Below, piece by piece: positions 27,675 to 41,200 of a DNA stretch of 64,000 nucleotides. This DNA comes from Podarcis filfolensis (taxonomy: Eukaryota): assembly GCA_964270895.1 (NCBI GenBank), contig OZ185435.1; one strand, given 5' to 3'. How positions within the stretch are numbered: position 1 is the first letter of the stretch; every line of letters begins with the position of its first letter. Under the pieces are notes generated by a model, which saw only the letters and a list, made by a program, of their open reading frames with translations, was not told the DNA's origin and ran no database searches. The position numbers and the translations under genes were made by a program.

Positions 27675-28127
27675 ATGTAGAAATATGCACCCAAACAGCA
27701 AGAGTAGGAAAGGTCCTGGGAGCCATTTTAATTTATGTTTAGGATGATACTGCATAATAACCTGAACTTACAGTCCTGCAATGCAGCAGTAAAGGAGGCT
27801 AAAGAGGGAGGGGGAAGGCAATGCTTTTCCCTGAAACATTTAGGGGAACTGTGTATTTGGGTCAGCTAAGTCCTAAAGCAGAATTTCTGTGCCGTCTCTT
27901 CAACCCACTTTCATACATTATTGAGAAAGATGCCAAGCCTTAAAGAAACCAGGGCAAATATTAATAAGGAAGACACTTTTATTATGATAACACGCCTGTG
28001 TTTCACTGTTTTGAGGCTGCTATTTTAAGAGCCACTTAGGTAGAGAGTTTCTAATGAGTGTATTGCAATCTGGATAAGCCTGTGAAAACTAACTTCTTGG
28101 AACTTTTTCAGCACAGTTTCCAGTGTT

Positions 28128-28307
28128 TAGAAGCAAAATACTGTAGAGTTACAAGGGATTGTGAGGGTCATCTAGTCCACACCCTAAAACCCAGGAATCT
28201 CATCAATGACCAATGGCCATCCAACCTCATCTTAAGAACCTCCAGTGAGAGTTCACCGCCTTCCAAGGAAGTCTGTTCCACTGTTGAACAGAAAGTTCCT
28301 CCTGATG
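28128..28307 (-). mobile_element. CR1 LINE 3' end remnant
   Basis: gtagagtt..aaggga...gggtcatctagtcca...tggccatccaacctc...gtctgttccactgttgaacag. Confidence 0.75.
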
Positions 28308-30419
28308 CCGCAACCCATAACACTGTTTCATAGCAAGAAAATGGATGGAGGGGATCGCATGAGTAGGGCAAGGGCAGAATAAAAACAATTATTTTATGTA
28401 CTGCCCTTAAATGGTTTTAGCCACTGTAAAATCAGCAAATAATATCTCAAATAATCTACTAAGGCAATTGAGTGTTGGGCTGATGGCAATAGAGCAGAAT
28501 TCTACTTAGCAGCATAGGATAGGCCAGTAACTGTTCCATCACAGCCATTCACAATCATAGAATCTGGGAACTGAACTAACAGTTGAGTCTGTCTGGTAGT
28601 ACGTGTGAATCCAACCATCACCACAGCATATAATGGAAGATGGCAGAAAAATAATTAATGTTGCTGTTTTGCAGATTACATGTGTCATGATATACTCTGC
28701 CCCAAGGACAAATAGTTGGTTTTGTTTCATTTCATTTTGGAGCTTCCGGGTTTGTAGAGCATTAAAATTGAGTAATTTTAAACACAAGCAGGTTATTTGC
28801 ATAAGCTGGAACTAATGGTAGAACATACTGTTTTCTGGAGCACTCCTTTTAAGATGACATAGTTGCACTGAAACACATAACCCTGGAAATTTCAAGTATT
28901 AGCACTGGGTTATGCAGTGTTAGTGATACATGGGAGCTGCAGCTTGTTTTGGCAAGGTGGGAAATGTCCTGAGAGATCAAAGGTTGAAATAGCTTGCCTG
29001 GGCCAGCCTTTTGGAGCTTGGTTCTTATTTGCTATAGAGCTACTACTTGTACAGAGAGTAGGGCACACTCACGCATTACAAAAAATAAGAAAATGCATCA
29101 CAAAGGGGAAGAAAGGATAAAAGATAAACTTGGAGCTTGTTTACATGTATTTAGAAATAATAGCTACGATTAGATCAAATGCTGTAGAGGGAAGGTACCT
29201 TCTCCTTTTACTTTTACTCACAGTAGCTGAGGTCAGTCTTTTCCACCAACTTCTGCCTTCAAAATCAGAGGTACTGCTTACTTGAAACACTGTTTAAAAG
29301 TAAGGTGAATCTGTTTCCAATGCAAGCATGAAGTGGTGGGTATCACCAGCTGTGTCACCAATTTCCCAGGGCCTCAATAGCACTTCAGCCATCCACACTG
29401 GCAGACTGTGTGAGGAGACAGAAAAATGGCCGCAACTCAGGTCTGAAACAAAGTGGGAGGATCATTCAGAAAACCCAAGTTGGCGGCATCAACTGACTGC
29501 TTCATAAACAGCCAGTGCATAAAGTGTGCAAATTCCAGATGAAAGGACTAGCATGGAAGCAACCTTGCACAAAATCTCCCCCCCCCCCCGCATGCCTCTT
29601 TTCAGCTGAGATGCACCATAGCATTCTCTTCCCAGAAGTCCCTCAGGCCTCATCCCAAAGCATTCAGTGATCCCCCTTTCCCTTATGCTCCCACCTACTA
29701 GCTACTCAGGAAAGAAGGATGAATATTGGCAATCCATGGGGCAAGACTGGGAAAGAGGAAGTTGCTGGATATGTTAAGATGAGATATGAGATAGATTCAG
29801 AAGGGAATGCTGTGGCCACAGTGTAGTTCATCAGGCACCAGAGTGACATGGAGGAGAGAGGAAAGTCCTGAAAAGACTCTACTGAAGTCACACTGCTGGT
29901 CTTCAATCAGTGAGAGAGAAGGTCTTGATTATGGGTTTGCCTGGCTTACCAGATAGGTTATCAGCATGTTAGCAGAAGCACTGATTGTTCCATCACAGCT
30001 TTAAGGCTTCAGAATGTGATCACCATTTGGGTTTGGGAGGAAGGGGCAGAGAGACAACTAGACAACTATTTGCAATTTGAATTTGGGCAGAAACAGAAAG
30101 GCAAACAAAATGTTGCAAGCAAGTTTGTGTAAAACGAATAACAATCTCAAGAGGCTGAAATTTCCAGCATGGAAGGGGGTGGTGTGGTGAATCAGGGGTT
30201 GTTATATATATTTAGCTGTAATATGTATTTAATTTACCCCACACAGAGAGAGAGCACTATGGATTTAGCTGAACTGGAGGCAACTGGAAGTATCTACCCA
30301 GTTGTAATCTGATGAAGGATTAGTGGTTGTGCTACCTGCTTATCAGAGTCAGCTTGCATCTAATAATGCATATTTGTAAACAAAAAGATATTATAAAGAC
30401 AAAGATTACAAATAAACAG

Positions 30420-30600
30420 ATATTATTTGCATTTGTATCTTACACTTCATCGGTTGAGCTGAGGGTGGCATACAAAAATTTAGGTTACTGACAACAATCC
30501 TGTGATGTAGGTTAGTATGTGGCTTTCATGCAGTGAACTGCATGGCTGAACACTCATTTGTGTGGCCAAACTTTAATACTCTAACCCCTACACTACACAT
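30420..30600 (-). mobile_element. CORE-type SINE remnant with L2-like tail
   Basis: acaacaatcctgtgatgtaggttag...catggctga...aatactctaacccctacactacac. Confidence 0.5.
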
Positions 30601-33600
30601 TACAACACTCACTTAACACAAGGAAACTAAACCCTGTAGAATTGCCTCTGGGCATCTCACTGCCCAGGAGGGAGGGGGACATGTTATCTATATAGCTTTT
30701 ATATGTACATTGTGATTTAAACAAAGCCTAAATAAAAAAAAAGCCACCAGTAATTAAGCAATCAACACTTTGGTTGCCAAACAAAATCATATTAAAAAGG
30801 TGAGGGGGAAAGAAATAATTTTAATATATACAAATAGATAATAGACTTTGAAAAATGGTACACAGATTACATGTCATAAATTTTGGGGCATAATATTTTT
30901 TTTGTTTATCTGGAATGTATTTTCAGCTTGATTGGGAGGAAACATTATTGAGGGAATTTGAAACATTTTAAAACAGCAACAGCAGTCATTAAGAATTCAT
31001 TTTCAACAGGAAATCTGGGGAAAAATTAAAATTAATGAGGAGGATAAGGGAAAGGAGGGGGAAACTTTGAAGATGACAGAATTTTGCTACTGAAGGCACC
31101 CACTTGATGTTAATCAGAGGCAGGTCACATATAAGTACTAGCCCTTGTCCTGCTGTTATGGTCTGGAGGCTGAAATCAGTGTTGCATTTCAGTCCCTTTG
31201 TGCTAGTGTGCAGCAACCACAGAGAAGGGAGAAATGAAAGTTGGATACAAAGAGAGAGGAGATGCTGGTTGCAATCAGCCTAACTGCCTGATTGTCTCTG
31301 CTGGTTTAGATTGGGAATATCAGTTGCTATTCCAGTTAAACACCATAAATGATAACAGAGCAACAATGTAGCAAAAAAGGTGCTGTGTTGCAGAGAGCCA
31401 CATGATATGGACTCATAGAAATTGTCCATCTAGCCTAATCATGTCAAATATTGCTTCCCCCACCCCACAACTGATCTAACTTCTTGCTTTCTTTGCTTTA
31501 TTCAAATTCAACTTGTTTCTGAATGCATATATTTAGGTTCTTACTCCAAGGTTGCAACCTTAGGTCAGTAATAACTTGCCAGTTTAGCCTTTGCCATGGA
31601 TACAGCCATTATGCATTCGCAAAGGGGATTATATGTGGAACCACGTATTCTGCTAATCATGCAAGAGCACACTGCCTAAGGAGCATTAAAGAACCTGAAG
31701 TGGAAGCAACTCTAGACTTCAGTCCTGTAGAACAGCTCTGTACTAAGGCTATTTTGAGCCACCATGAGACATCTGGCTCAGGTGGTAGGTTGGGAGAGGT
31801 GGTGGATTGAGTCCACCATCCACTTCCTGGTGCTGCTGCCCTGCTGTCAGCCCACCAGCTAGCCATGGAACATAGCAACTGAAGCAAATACTGTTGAATC
31901 TGTAATGGCTATTGGTGCGCCTATAGTTCTCTCCTGTACACAAGCCCACACATCCACACTCTCTGACTGTGGACAATTTTTGCCACTATTGCAGCAAAGC
32001 AGTGTAAGACCAAGTGCCTACACCCACAGTGTCTCTTCTGAGGAAGGACTCCTCCTTCAGAGCACAGCACTGAGGAGTGAGATGACCCTAGAAATCCTGG
32101 GACTGCAGCAAGGACTGTTGCAGGTTGGGGAAAGAGAGTGCTGGACTGTAGTGGAGAAGGCAGGGCTCAGTCTGCCGCATTCATTGCAATATCTTCTGCA
32201 AGCCCTGTCTTTACCCTTCTTGGGCACAATGAGTAAGATTGCGAGCAAAAGCATTTTTAATGAACTGATATATATTCAACAAAATGAGGTATCTGAGAAC
32301 GATCCTACCATTGGCTTCATTTGAACAAGGCTTACTAAGGCAGAGCTGTAATCCTGTTTCTGTTTGACTGTTTGCCAGGATTCCATCCTGGAACTTTTGA
32401 AGGAATAGTAAAGAAGAGAGTGTGTCTAAGAATATTGACCATGCATGTTTCTCAACCCAAAGCAGATGAGTTTAATAGCAGGGTTTCTAAGTAGGAGAGC
32501 CTAGAGCTTTCAGGCAGGCTTCAGCCTTGTGACCATTTTTTTTAGAACTTGGCTATTATTCTAAATCTTTTCTTCATTTTCCTTTGTTTTGTTTTTTTGT
32601 TTTTGCATTGCATTGCATGCTTGCTTGCTACTTCTTGAAGTTTTTGTTGGTTTCTGCTCTTGTGAGATTTAAGAGTCTTAAACGCAAGCATTTCCACACT
32701 ACATCAAGTGAAGGGCACTAAGATTTTAAAAACAAATGTTCCTGTGCATTTATTGTCACTTGACAGTGCCAATGTGCCTTCCTTGCTGCAGACACAGGAA
32801 AAGTGAATTCCTCTTGCATGTACTTCAGATGTCTTTAGGCATATGGCTATCAGCCATGGTTCATAAAACAGTAGCAAAAGTTGCAGAGGCATAGCAACTT
32901 GAGATGGAAAATGCAATTAGATAGTTTAGTCTATCCCCTTGTCAATTCTGTGTGTTTTTCTTAGGAACCAGAGCACAAGACTAAGGGCCAACTTCATCAG
33001 TGCTTATACATCAGTTGACTTGGCAGAATTGCTGCAGCCTGTGCCGTCAAAACAGTCCATTAGAAATTAAACTGGCATAGTGGGAATCCTTAACAGGTGT
33101 CAGCAAAGTCAGCTCCTGCTGTCTTTCAGAGGAATCCCTGCCACAAGGGAAACTAATGGAGGAGGAAGGTGCCTTATGTGCTGGACATTCATCAGACCAG
33201 GTTAAGAAAGCAACAAGGATGTGAATATTGTATTACAGTATCAAAGGTGAATTAAGGTAGTTGGGGACTCTGGTTTAGTTCCCAAAATAGTGGGCCCCTT
33301 TCCTCCCAAAAGGTGTAACTAAGGTGTAAGCAAGTCTTGTGGTATTTTGAAGGCTCACCCCCCTTTTTTTACAGCATAAGCTTTTGCAGACTACATGAGC
33401 ATGTGCAATTTCCTAACTCTCAGCAAAACTCAAGCAAAACATTTTGCCATCCTTTATAAAAGAAACAAATACTCTGAGCATGTGCAGTTTCACATGTTTA
33501 ACTCACTTAATTCTTCATTGGTTGTACTAACTTCCTGCCTTGGACCAGTCAGCAATTCTCAGCCCAGCCTACTTCACATGCCTATTTTAGACTTGGTAAT

Positions 33601-34779
33601 CATATCATAAATATCCATTTTTTTATCCCTTTAGCCACAATGATGCATCTTTGTACTATAAAGGATCAAGTTTTTCTGCCCTCTCTTCACAAAAAGGGCA
33701 GCAACAAGGCCTCAACCAATCTTAATCTGTCCTGGTTATTGCATATTTTAGATGCACAATTCCCACTTGTGTTCAACTGAGCTTATTCCCAGAGGGCTGT
33801 GTACTATGACTGATTCCCTTGGGGAGTTCTCTTAGGCCTGTAGCCACTGGGTGTGAGAGACCTGGGAAAGCAGAGTAACCAGCTTTCATTTCTTTTTTAA
33901 AAAAAGACTTCTGCAGGGAAGGAGATTATTTCATATCAGCCCACACTGTATAGTGGTATTTTCAGAAAATGACACAGGGAGTACTTTATCTCAGAGGAAC
34001 CCACAACAGGAAATGTGTATTGCTAGGGAAGAAAGGAAAGACTAACTACAGATTTTCCAAAAACTAGAAAATGAAACAGAAGCAGGAAAGAAAAGTGTAT
34101 GAATGGGAAGGGGAGAAACAGCAGTTCTTTAGGACCCAGGAGTTCCAATAGCAACAAGTCACTCATTAATCACAGCTCTGACTTCACTCATTGGCTGAAA
34201 CACTGGAAAAGTGGGAGTGGCGAAGCTGGCTCTTTTCTCAAAAACCATTTTAGATGGTTGCCTGCACTATTTGCTTTATAAATTTCCTTCCATTAAAGCT
34301 AGAGACTTTTCCTTTTTCTTTTTAAAGAAAGCTCTGAGTCTGCCCCCCCCCCATGGAGGCATGGACCCTCCAACTGCACTATTATAATCTGGCCATGTAT
34401 CACTGACAAACTGGTTGGTAGCAACCAGCTACACTAAAAGCCGGTTGCTTGATACTTACAGTACTCATCACTTGTGAGTTGGCACCTGCACCAGCATCAC
34501 CAGTCCTAGTTTTCTATGGGGTAGACTTTTTTTTTATCAGAGAGCATTTAAGCACACACCTCCCCCCCCCCCCCCAGTTTGAAATGGTATGATTGAAGAA
34601 AAACTTTAGCTCTTCATTCTTCTGGTTTTGTGCACTAGTCAGTGTGGGGGGTCAGTGTGCCTTTTGGTTTTTCTTGGGGGGGCACTGTTTGGGAATAATT
34701 CCTTTTAATTATCACCACTGTAAATTTAGTTAGATGTAGGTGCCTCAAATTATAGCATCTCAAGAAAGTAGGGCCTTTT

Positions 34780-35123
34780 AGGTAAAGGTAAAGGGACCCC
34801 TGACCATTAGGTCCAGTCGTGGCCGACTCTGGGGTTGCAGCGCTCATCTCGCTTTATCGGCCGAGGGAGCCGGCATACACCTTCCGGGTCATGTGGCCAG
34901 CATGATTAAGCCACTTCTGGCGAACCAGAGCAGCACACGGAAATGCTGTTTACCTTCCCGCCGGAGCGGTACCTATTTATCTACTTGCACTTTTGTGCTT
35001 TCGAACTGCTAGGTTGGCAGGAGCAGGGACCGAGCAGCACGAGCTCACCCCGTTGCGGGGATTCGAACCGCCGACCTTCTGATCGGCAAGTCCTAGGCTC
35101 TGTGGTTTAACCCACAGCGCCAC
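34780..35123 (-). mobile_element. Sauria SINE, second subfamily, nearly full length
   Basis: B box at 35059-35069, A-box-like 35112-35122, (ACCTTT)n tail; body alignable to 27309-27674. Confidence 0.93.
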
Positions 35124-36163
35124 TCCTGGCGAGAAGGGAAGCAAATCATTCACGCAAGATAAAAAAAAACTAGATTGTAGGAGGAAAAAGCATTGATAAA
35201 AGTGCAGTATTCACCTTTCAGAAGGAAAGCTGGCAACTCACAGCTCTGCCAGTGATGTCTGGTGACTTAAACCCTATGCTTCCTCCTGCTACAGTTACAC
35301 ACTCATGGAACAGTATGCTCTACTTCACAAGCCAAAATTCTCACAAGACAGTGAGTAATTTTGCGACTACGTTAATAAAGGGGTAGCATGCTAACACCTT
35401 GGGATGGCTGACTAAAGCAGATATTTTTCTGACATATAAGGGATAAACCGTAACAATTTGATTTTTTTAATGATTTAACTGGATTTTCCAAAGGGGGAAA
35501 ATAATAATATTAACAAAAGGTAGTTTGTGTGTCAAAGAAGCTAAAACAGTTCCTAATGGGAGTTGGACAATTATTTTCATCACAGCAGAATGTATATTTC
35601 CCAGTCTGAGATGCTTTAGGTACCTGCATCTGCATTTCCAGGACGTATTTTTGTCTGTATCAGCACAGCTGTAATTTGCACCCACTGCTGTGTTAGGCCA
35701 TAAATCATGGCAGATGGCTACTTGCTCTAAGTTACTGTGTGAATTCTCAATGTGCTACCCGGGGCTCTTCCTGTCGTCACCCAGCTTGCAGCCACGCAGC
35801 ATAATAAATGTACCTCTCCTTGCCTGTCCACGAGGTTTTCCTTGCCTATTTGCTTTCCCATCTCAGTGATCTTCTAACTGGCTTTTAGAGCTTTCTGTGC
35901 AATAGGATCTTTTGCTTGATTGGCTGGAAGTGATGTCATATACAATCTTCTAACAGCATGTTTTCCTTTATTGTAATAATTTGTCTTATTTGATAATGAT
36001 GTGGCAAGAATTTAGTCTTGGGCTTTATGTTACATCCTAATCTGCTCTGTATTCACTGAAGCAGAAATGATAGCGGACAAAGTCATTCAGCTCATCCTGT
36101 TGGTTTCAAGAGGAATTGTTGCAAAAAGTGCTTTGCTTGAACAGACCAGTGGTCTATCTAGAC

Positions 36164-36295
36164 TAGCATTCCCCAGTCTGGTGCCTTCCAAAGGGACTAC
36201 AGCTTCCGTCGTCCTTGATCATTCGCCATACTGGCTGGGGCTAATGAGAGTTGGATTTCAACAATATAAAGAGGGCACTAGGCTAGGAAAGACGT
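36164..36295. mobile_element. Hairpin MITE, same family
   Basis: ctggtgccttcc...gactacagcttcc...ctggctggggctaatgagagttgg...gagggcac; atctagac immediately to the left (36156-36163). Confidence 0.6.
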
Positions 36296-37777
36296 ATTTC
36301 AGCCAACATTCAGTGGTGCCCACCAGATGTTCCTGGAAAGCTAACAAGCAGTACATGAAGGCAAGACCCTCCTCCTCTTGTTTTTCCCCAGCATCTAACT
36401 CTCAGAGGATAAAATGTATACTGCTTCAGAACAAGGAGGTGCTAAAAACTGGCCTTATTATTCTGATGCAAACGCAGAAGAAAAGAAATGTTGACCTAAA
36501 TAATAATTATACAAGATCTTGCTACCCTAATGTGGAAGAAAATGACTAAGGTTAGAGAGTAATGGGCAGAATCAAAATTATCTAATATTAATGCTCCACT
36601 CTGGTCATTTGTGTCCTGGCTTTTGGTTTAGGGTCCTCTGCAGCTTTTTGCTTTTGTTCAACATCACATCCTAGTTGGCTTTGCTTCTTAAAATGCAACA
36701 GACCATTAAAAATAGACACAAGCCAGACACAGCAGTGGAAGAATTGCCACTGATGTTTGTTGTCATTTTAAAAGAACATAGAACTGAGAGGGTGGGGAGT
36801 CTGACAGGCAGTGAATGAACAGCAGATTGAGAGGTAGAAATGAAAGAAGAAGCAAAAGAAAGTGGAAGGAAGATTAAAGAGACAATAACAAAGAGCCCAA
36901 TGGAAAGAACAGCACAGTGATTCAAATGGAGCTTGGCCATGCAGGCAGACTAGGCAGGCCATTCAGATGATTTCTCCAATACAGGGAGCAGTACATGAGT
37001 ACCTATGTTTGTGCTTCTTCTGGCATACTTGTTCCCCTATGCCTAGTCTTTAGCTTCATTAGATGGACCTTGTGAGTACTCAGGGGCATAAGAAGAATGA
37101 AGAGGTTGTGACATTGCATGGCATTCTGGGGCACAATCTCAGTTACATAGAGGTGCACTCAGCAAAGAGAAAAGAAAGCGCTTGTGTCAACCTTGCAGTG
37201 GGGGTTTCAGAAGGAAAAAAGAGGGGGGAATACATACTGAGAGATACAGGGCATATTATGTTGTCTTTGGAAACAGAATAATGGATGCAAATTAAAGGAT
37301 ATCAGAGGAAACAAATGATTATCCTAAAGCAAGGGATATAGCACTGCCTCAAAAGGCATCAAATGACCACAATAACAACAGTAACACACATCGCAGTGCA
37401 CCAGAGTGGCATGTGAATTAACCCTGAAGCTCTCGCCAACAAATCTGAAATCCTCTTGTATCAGTGCAGTCCTAGCCACCTGACCTGTGCTGCTTGAGGG
37501 AGTTAGGATAAAGTGGAGATTACCTTCTGCCAACAGGGAGGGATTTTCTGCTGCCAATGGAAAGCCTCGAAGCAGGGCACTGAAAATGGGAATCTGAGCC
37601 CCATGGATCCCCAGAGACACCCACCCAAATGCTTCACTCCATTCTGCTGTTCCCAGCCAGGGGTTAGGAGTGCTGCCCTGTAGTTATCTACAACAACATG
37701 CCTGACTTTCCTCTCTCAAGCATAGCACCTACTGGACTACTTAAAGCATACTACTGAGGAAGAAGAAAATTCAATTA

Positions 37778-38225
37778 TATTTATTTATTTGGTGTACTTA
37801 TTGTTTCACTCTTCAAAAAAAATGCTCTCAGAGCATCCTACAGTAAAATAATAAAAACCACTGTTAAGACAATAAGACATCACAGAATAAGTCACAGAAG
37901 AGCAATAGATAAAAATGTGATAATAAAACCACAATACCACATCAAATACCTAAAAGCTTCATGCAATAAAAGGGTTTTCACCTGGCAAATATAATTTTAA
38001 GTCAACCTCCCTGGGAAGAGGATTTCAAAGATGGGAGTACCCACCCTGTCTCCACTCATTTCGCTTAGGAAGGCATCTGAACACTTGGTGAGCAGGAGTG
38101 GCTTGAAACGTTTTCCTGCCTGAAGTGAAGAAGAAAATTATGTCCTTCGCCTTTTGTGAACTGAAGTGTTTGACCCTTTGGGGATGGGGCAGCCTCCTCC
38201 ACTAGACCTGAGGGCAGCAGGTTCG
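37778..38225 (-). mobile_element. L2 LINE 3' remnant
   Basis: (ATTT)n tail, aaaagggttttcacctggc, aacctccctgggaagagg...ttcaaagatggg, cagacctgagg. Confidence 0.6.
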
Positions 38226-41200
38226 CCCAGGGAATGGAGGGCAGGCCGTGTAGCACTCACAACTCTGTCCTCCAGCACATCACCACTGCTGCTCTGCCAC
38301 TTGAGGTGGCTGCCTGACTCTGCCTAATAGTAGAGTAGGGCTGGCCCTGCTGGTGAAATTCCCTCATCTTGGAGAGGTTAATGGAAGCTGAGAGGTGGGT
38401 ATGTGGTGATGAGAAAGTTAAGTTCTGAACATAGGAACTCAAACTAAGGTACAAGAATTCTATGGGAACACATGCAAATGTATGGGATCTGTGCCATGGA
38501 CTTTACCAGATAGAGAAATGAACCAGCCCCAGTCTGCTTCTGAGCACAATTGAACCTACAGCTCTGGCACTCCTGAAACGTAAATGTAACCTTAAGCACA
38601 ATGTCTTCCATTCTGCATGGGCAGAATGTGATTCTCTGAACAAGCCAGTCACCCTGCTGCTGACTGCTGTATGATGTAAATATGCAGTCTGATTATTCGG
38701 ACTGACTGCATTTTTAGACAAATAATAGCAGCACACCTGTAACACTGTTGTGTTGGGGTTCAAGGTGTCTTCTTTTGGTGGCATTTTGAAGCACCCAGCA
38801 CCAGAATTGCAAATATGTGTCACTGGTTAATGTGATTCTTTCCTCACCTAAATGCATTCACTGCTGTTGGTTTTCCTATGTGTAATAAGATACGTGTCTG
38901 TCACTTATTATATATAACGCCTGTGATGGAGCTGATGAGAAGAGATGCATTCGGTTCTGACAGCTGTCCTTTCTCCCATTTTTTTAAACACATGCAAAAA
39001 TACATGGCCCTCCAAATAGCCCTACATTATACCCATTATCCAGAAATGGTAATGTATACATTCAAAATATAACAAAATAACATATAATGAGAGTATAATA
39101 GTGAGAAATCCATACAAAAGACTCTTTGGTAATCCTCCTGAGTCTTAGGCCTGTGTCTTAGGAACTCCAATTATGGTTCTTCAATTATATTTAAACAGTT
39201 GTCACTACCCAAGAAATGCAGAACACAACTATCTTAGGAAGAGCAAAAGCAGTATCTCTCCCCCCCCCCCAATTTTAGGTCAGAAGTCTGGCCATTGCTA
39301 TTGGAAGCAGCAGCAAGCTATCCTCCAAATTCATTTGCACAATCTCTCCTGCCGGCACTTGGGTTCAGCATAATATTCTCAAGACTTCTGCATCTCTCAG
39401 CTACTCTGTTTCACTGTAGGGCTCATAATCTGCTTAGCTGACTAGGGTTTTTTTATTATATAGTCCTAGAGGAAAAAGAGAGTGAGAAGAGATAATTGGT
39501 TTCCCAGTTCTGTCTTCCTCAAAACTTTTCAAACCGCAGAGTGAAGAGTTTCTTGCTCTCCTCTGTCCACACCATACAAGAGTAAAAGAAAGTTAAACTT
39601 GTGTGTGAAACAAGTCAGGAAAGGGCCCCTCCATAATGAGGAGGCACTTCCTTTGCTTCTGGTTGGCTAATAGGAGACAATATGATGTTAACATAGGTTG
39701 CTTAGGAACTTAACCTGAAGTAAATGTAAAGGTGGAAGAAGAGCCACGTAGGTAGATCTTTTGCTGTTAAAATAATATCCTAGTTGTTCTTTCTACATGA
39801 TTGGACCACGTTTCATGTTTAAACACACACAACTGACACCAAAATGTCATTTTCTCTGAGCACTAAAGAGTGATTTTCCCCCAGAGGAAAGCAGCAGGAC
39901 AAGAGGAAGTGTGGATGAGTCCATTCACAACAGCTTCTCTTTCCAGGTTTCATGAACTTTGGGTTCAGCACAAAATATGCCATAGAAATTTAAGAGCCTC
40001 TGACCATCGCTGGCCAACTTTTCTTTTACCAGACTGATTAAAACAGGAATCTGTGGCTATGAAAGGATGGCATGTATGACATTCAAAGGAAGAGGGCATT
40101 AAACTATTGAGGTAATAGTGCTAATTTTTTAGTGAATGATTTAGATTCCTGAATGGCTAGCCTCTGCAAATAGTTTTGAGCATGGGTTTGGAGGAGCACA
40201 TAATTTCTTGAGATCTTGCAACTAGTCATTAGAGTCTAAGCTGAGCATAACAAGGGAACAAATGAACCTCTTATAGCAAAAACCCCTTGAAAACTTTCCC
40301 TTTCCCTTGACACATACACTCCTTCAACCATAAAGAGGGGGGTGGGGCAGAGGGGTGACAGGACACCAAGGTTTTCTAAGGTAGACATCTCAGTTTGCAA
40401 CTGTATTTTCTGCTTCTGTGTTGCTTCTCCCTGCCATTGTGATGAGGCCGCTCCAAATAGGGCCTTCAACAGTCCTCTGGCAGAAAGAAAACAGAGCGAT
40501 GTTGGCTGACGCTTAGGTTTTGACGGCTGTTCAGTCTACAAACCTTACCCAGAGAAGTCTTTTTGTTTTCCTTATGGCAATTCCCCCCCCCCCCCACCTC
40601 AGAATGTATAAGCAGCACCTTCGCCACTCATGCTTGGCTAGAATGCTTGCTTGACACCAAGTTGCTGTGGTGCATGTATGTGTGTTTGATGTCCCCCTCG
40701 CTACATCACTATTAGGAATAAAGGAATAACTATAGACTTCTGCCTCTTCTCTGTGTGGGTGGAGGTCAGCTTGGGAGTAGGAGCATTCTGATGCATTTTT
40801 TTTGTACCAGAAAATATTGTTTCTGTTTCTGTTTCTCATTTGGATTGAGCAAGGTGCACAGTACTGCCTGTCCAAGCCAATGGCGCATGCTTGGACATCA
40901 TTCTTGTTAAAGCGATCACATTCTCCTTGAAGTGATTACACGCACTGCCTAATATTTAGCAGGTACCGTTTCCTACATGACATTCCCCACTTTAGCTGAG
41001 TCCTCATTATTCTTCCCTCCTCCCAGCTCTTCCCTTTCCCTGCCACAACACCTTGATAGCTATCTTGTTCTATGCATGTAATATTTTTTTTTAGGGTCAA
41101 AGAAATGGTGGTTCTGGTCCTGGAGGCACTGTGCATGCCCTGTGTGTACAGGTGAGAGCTTCTGGAGTGTAGCCATTAGGTCCAAAGGCCTGAATGATTT

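Noticed and set aside
27347-27755. ORFs of 131, 69 and 74 aa
   Set aside because: They lie within the GC-rich Sauria SINE; no protein homology recognised.
31905-32324. 139-aa ORF
   Set aside because: Leu/Gln/Ser-rich with no recognisable motif; length is compatible with chance in 64 kb over six frames.
36067-36549. 160-aa ORF
   Set aside because: Runs through a hairpin MITE; no recognisable domain or splice context.
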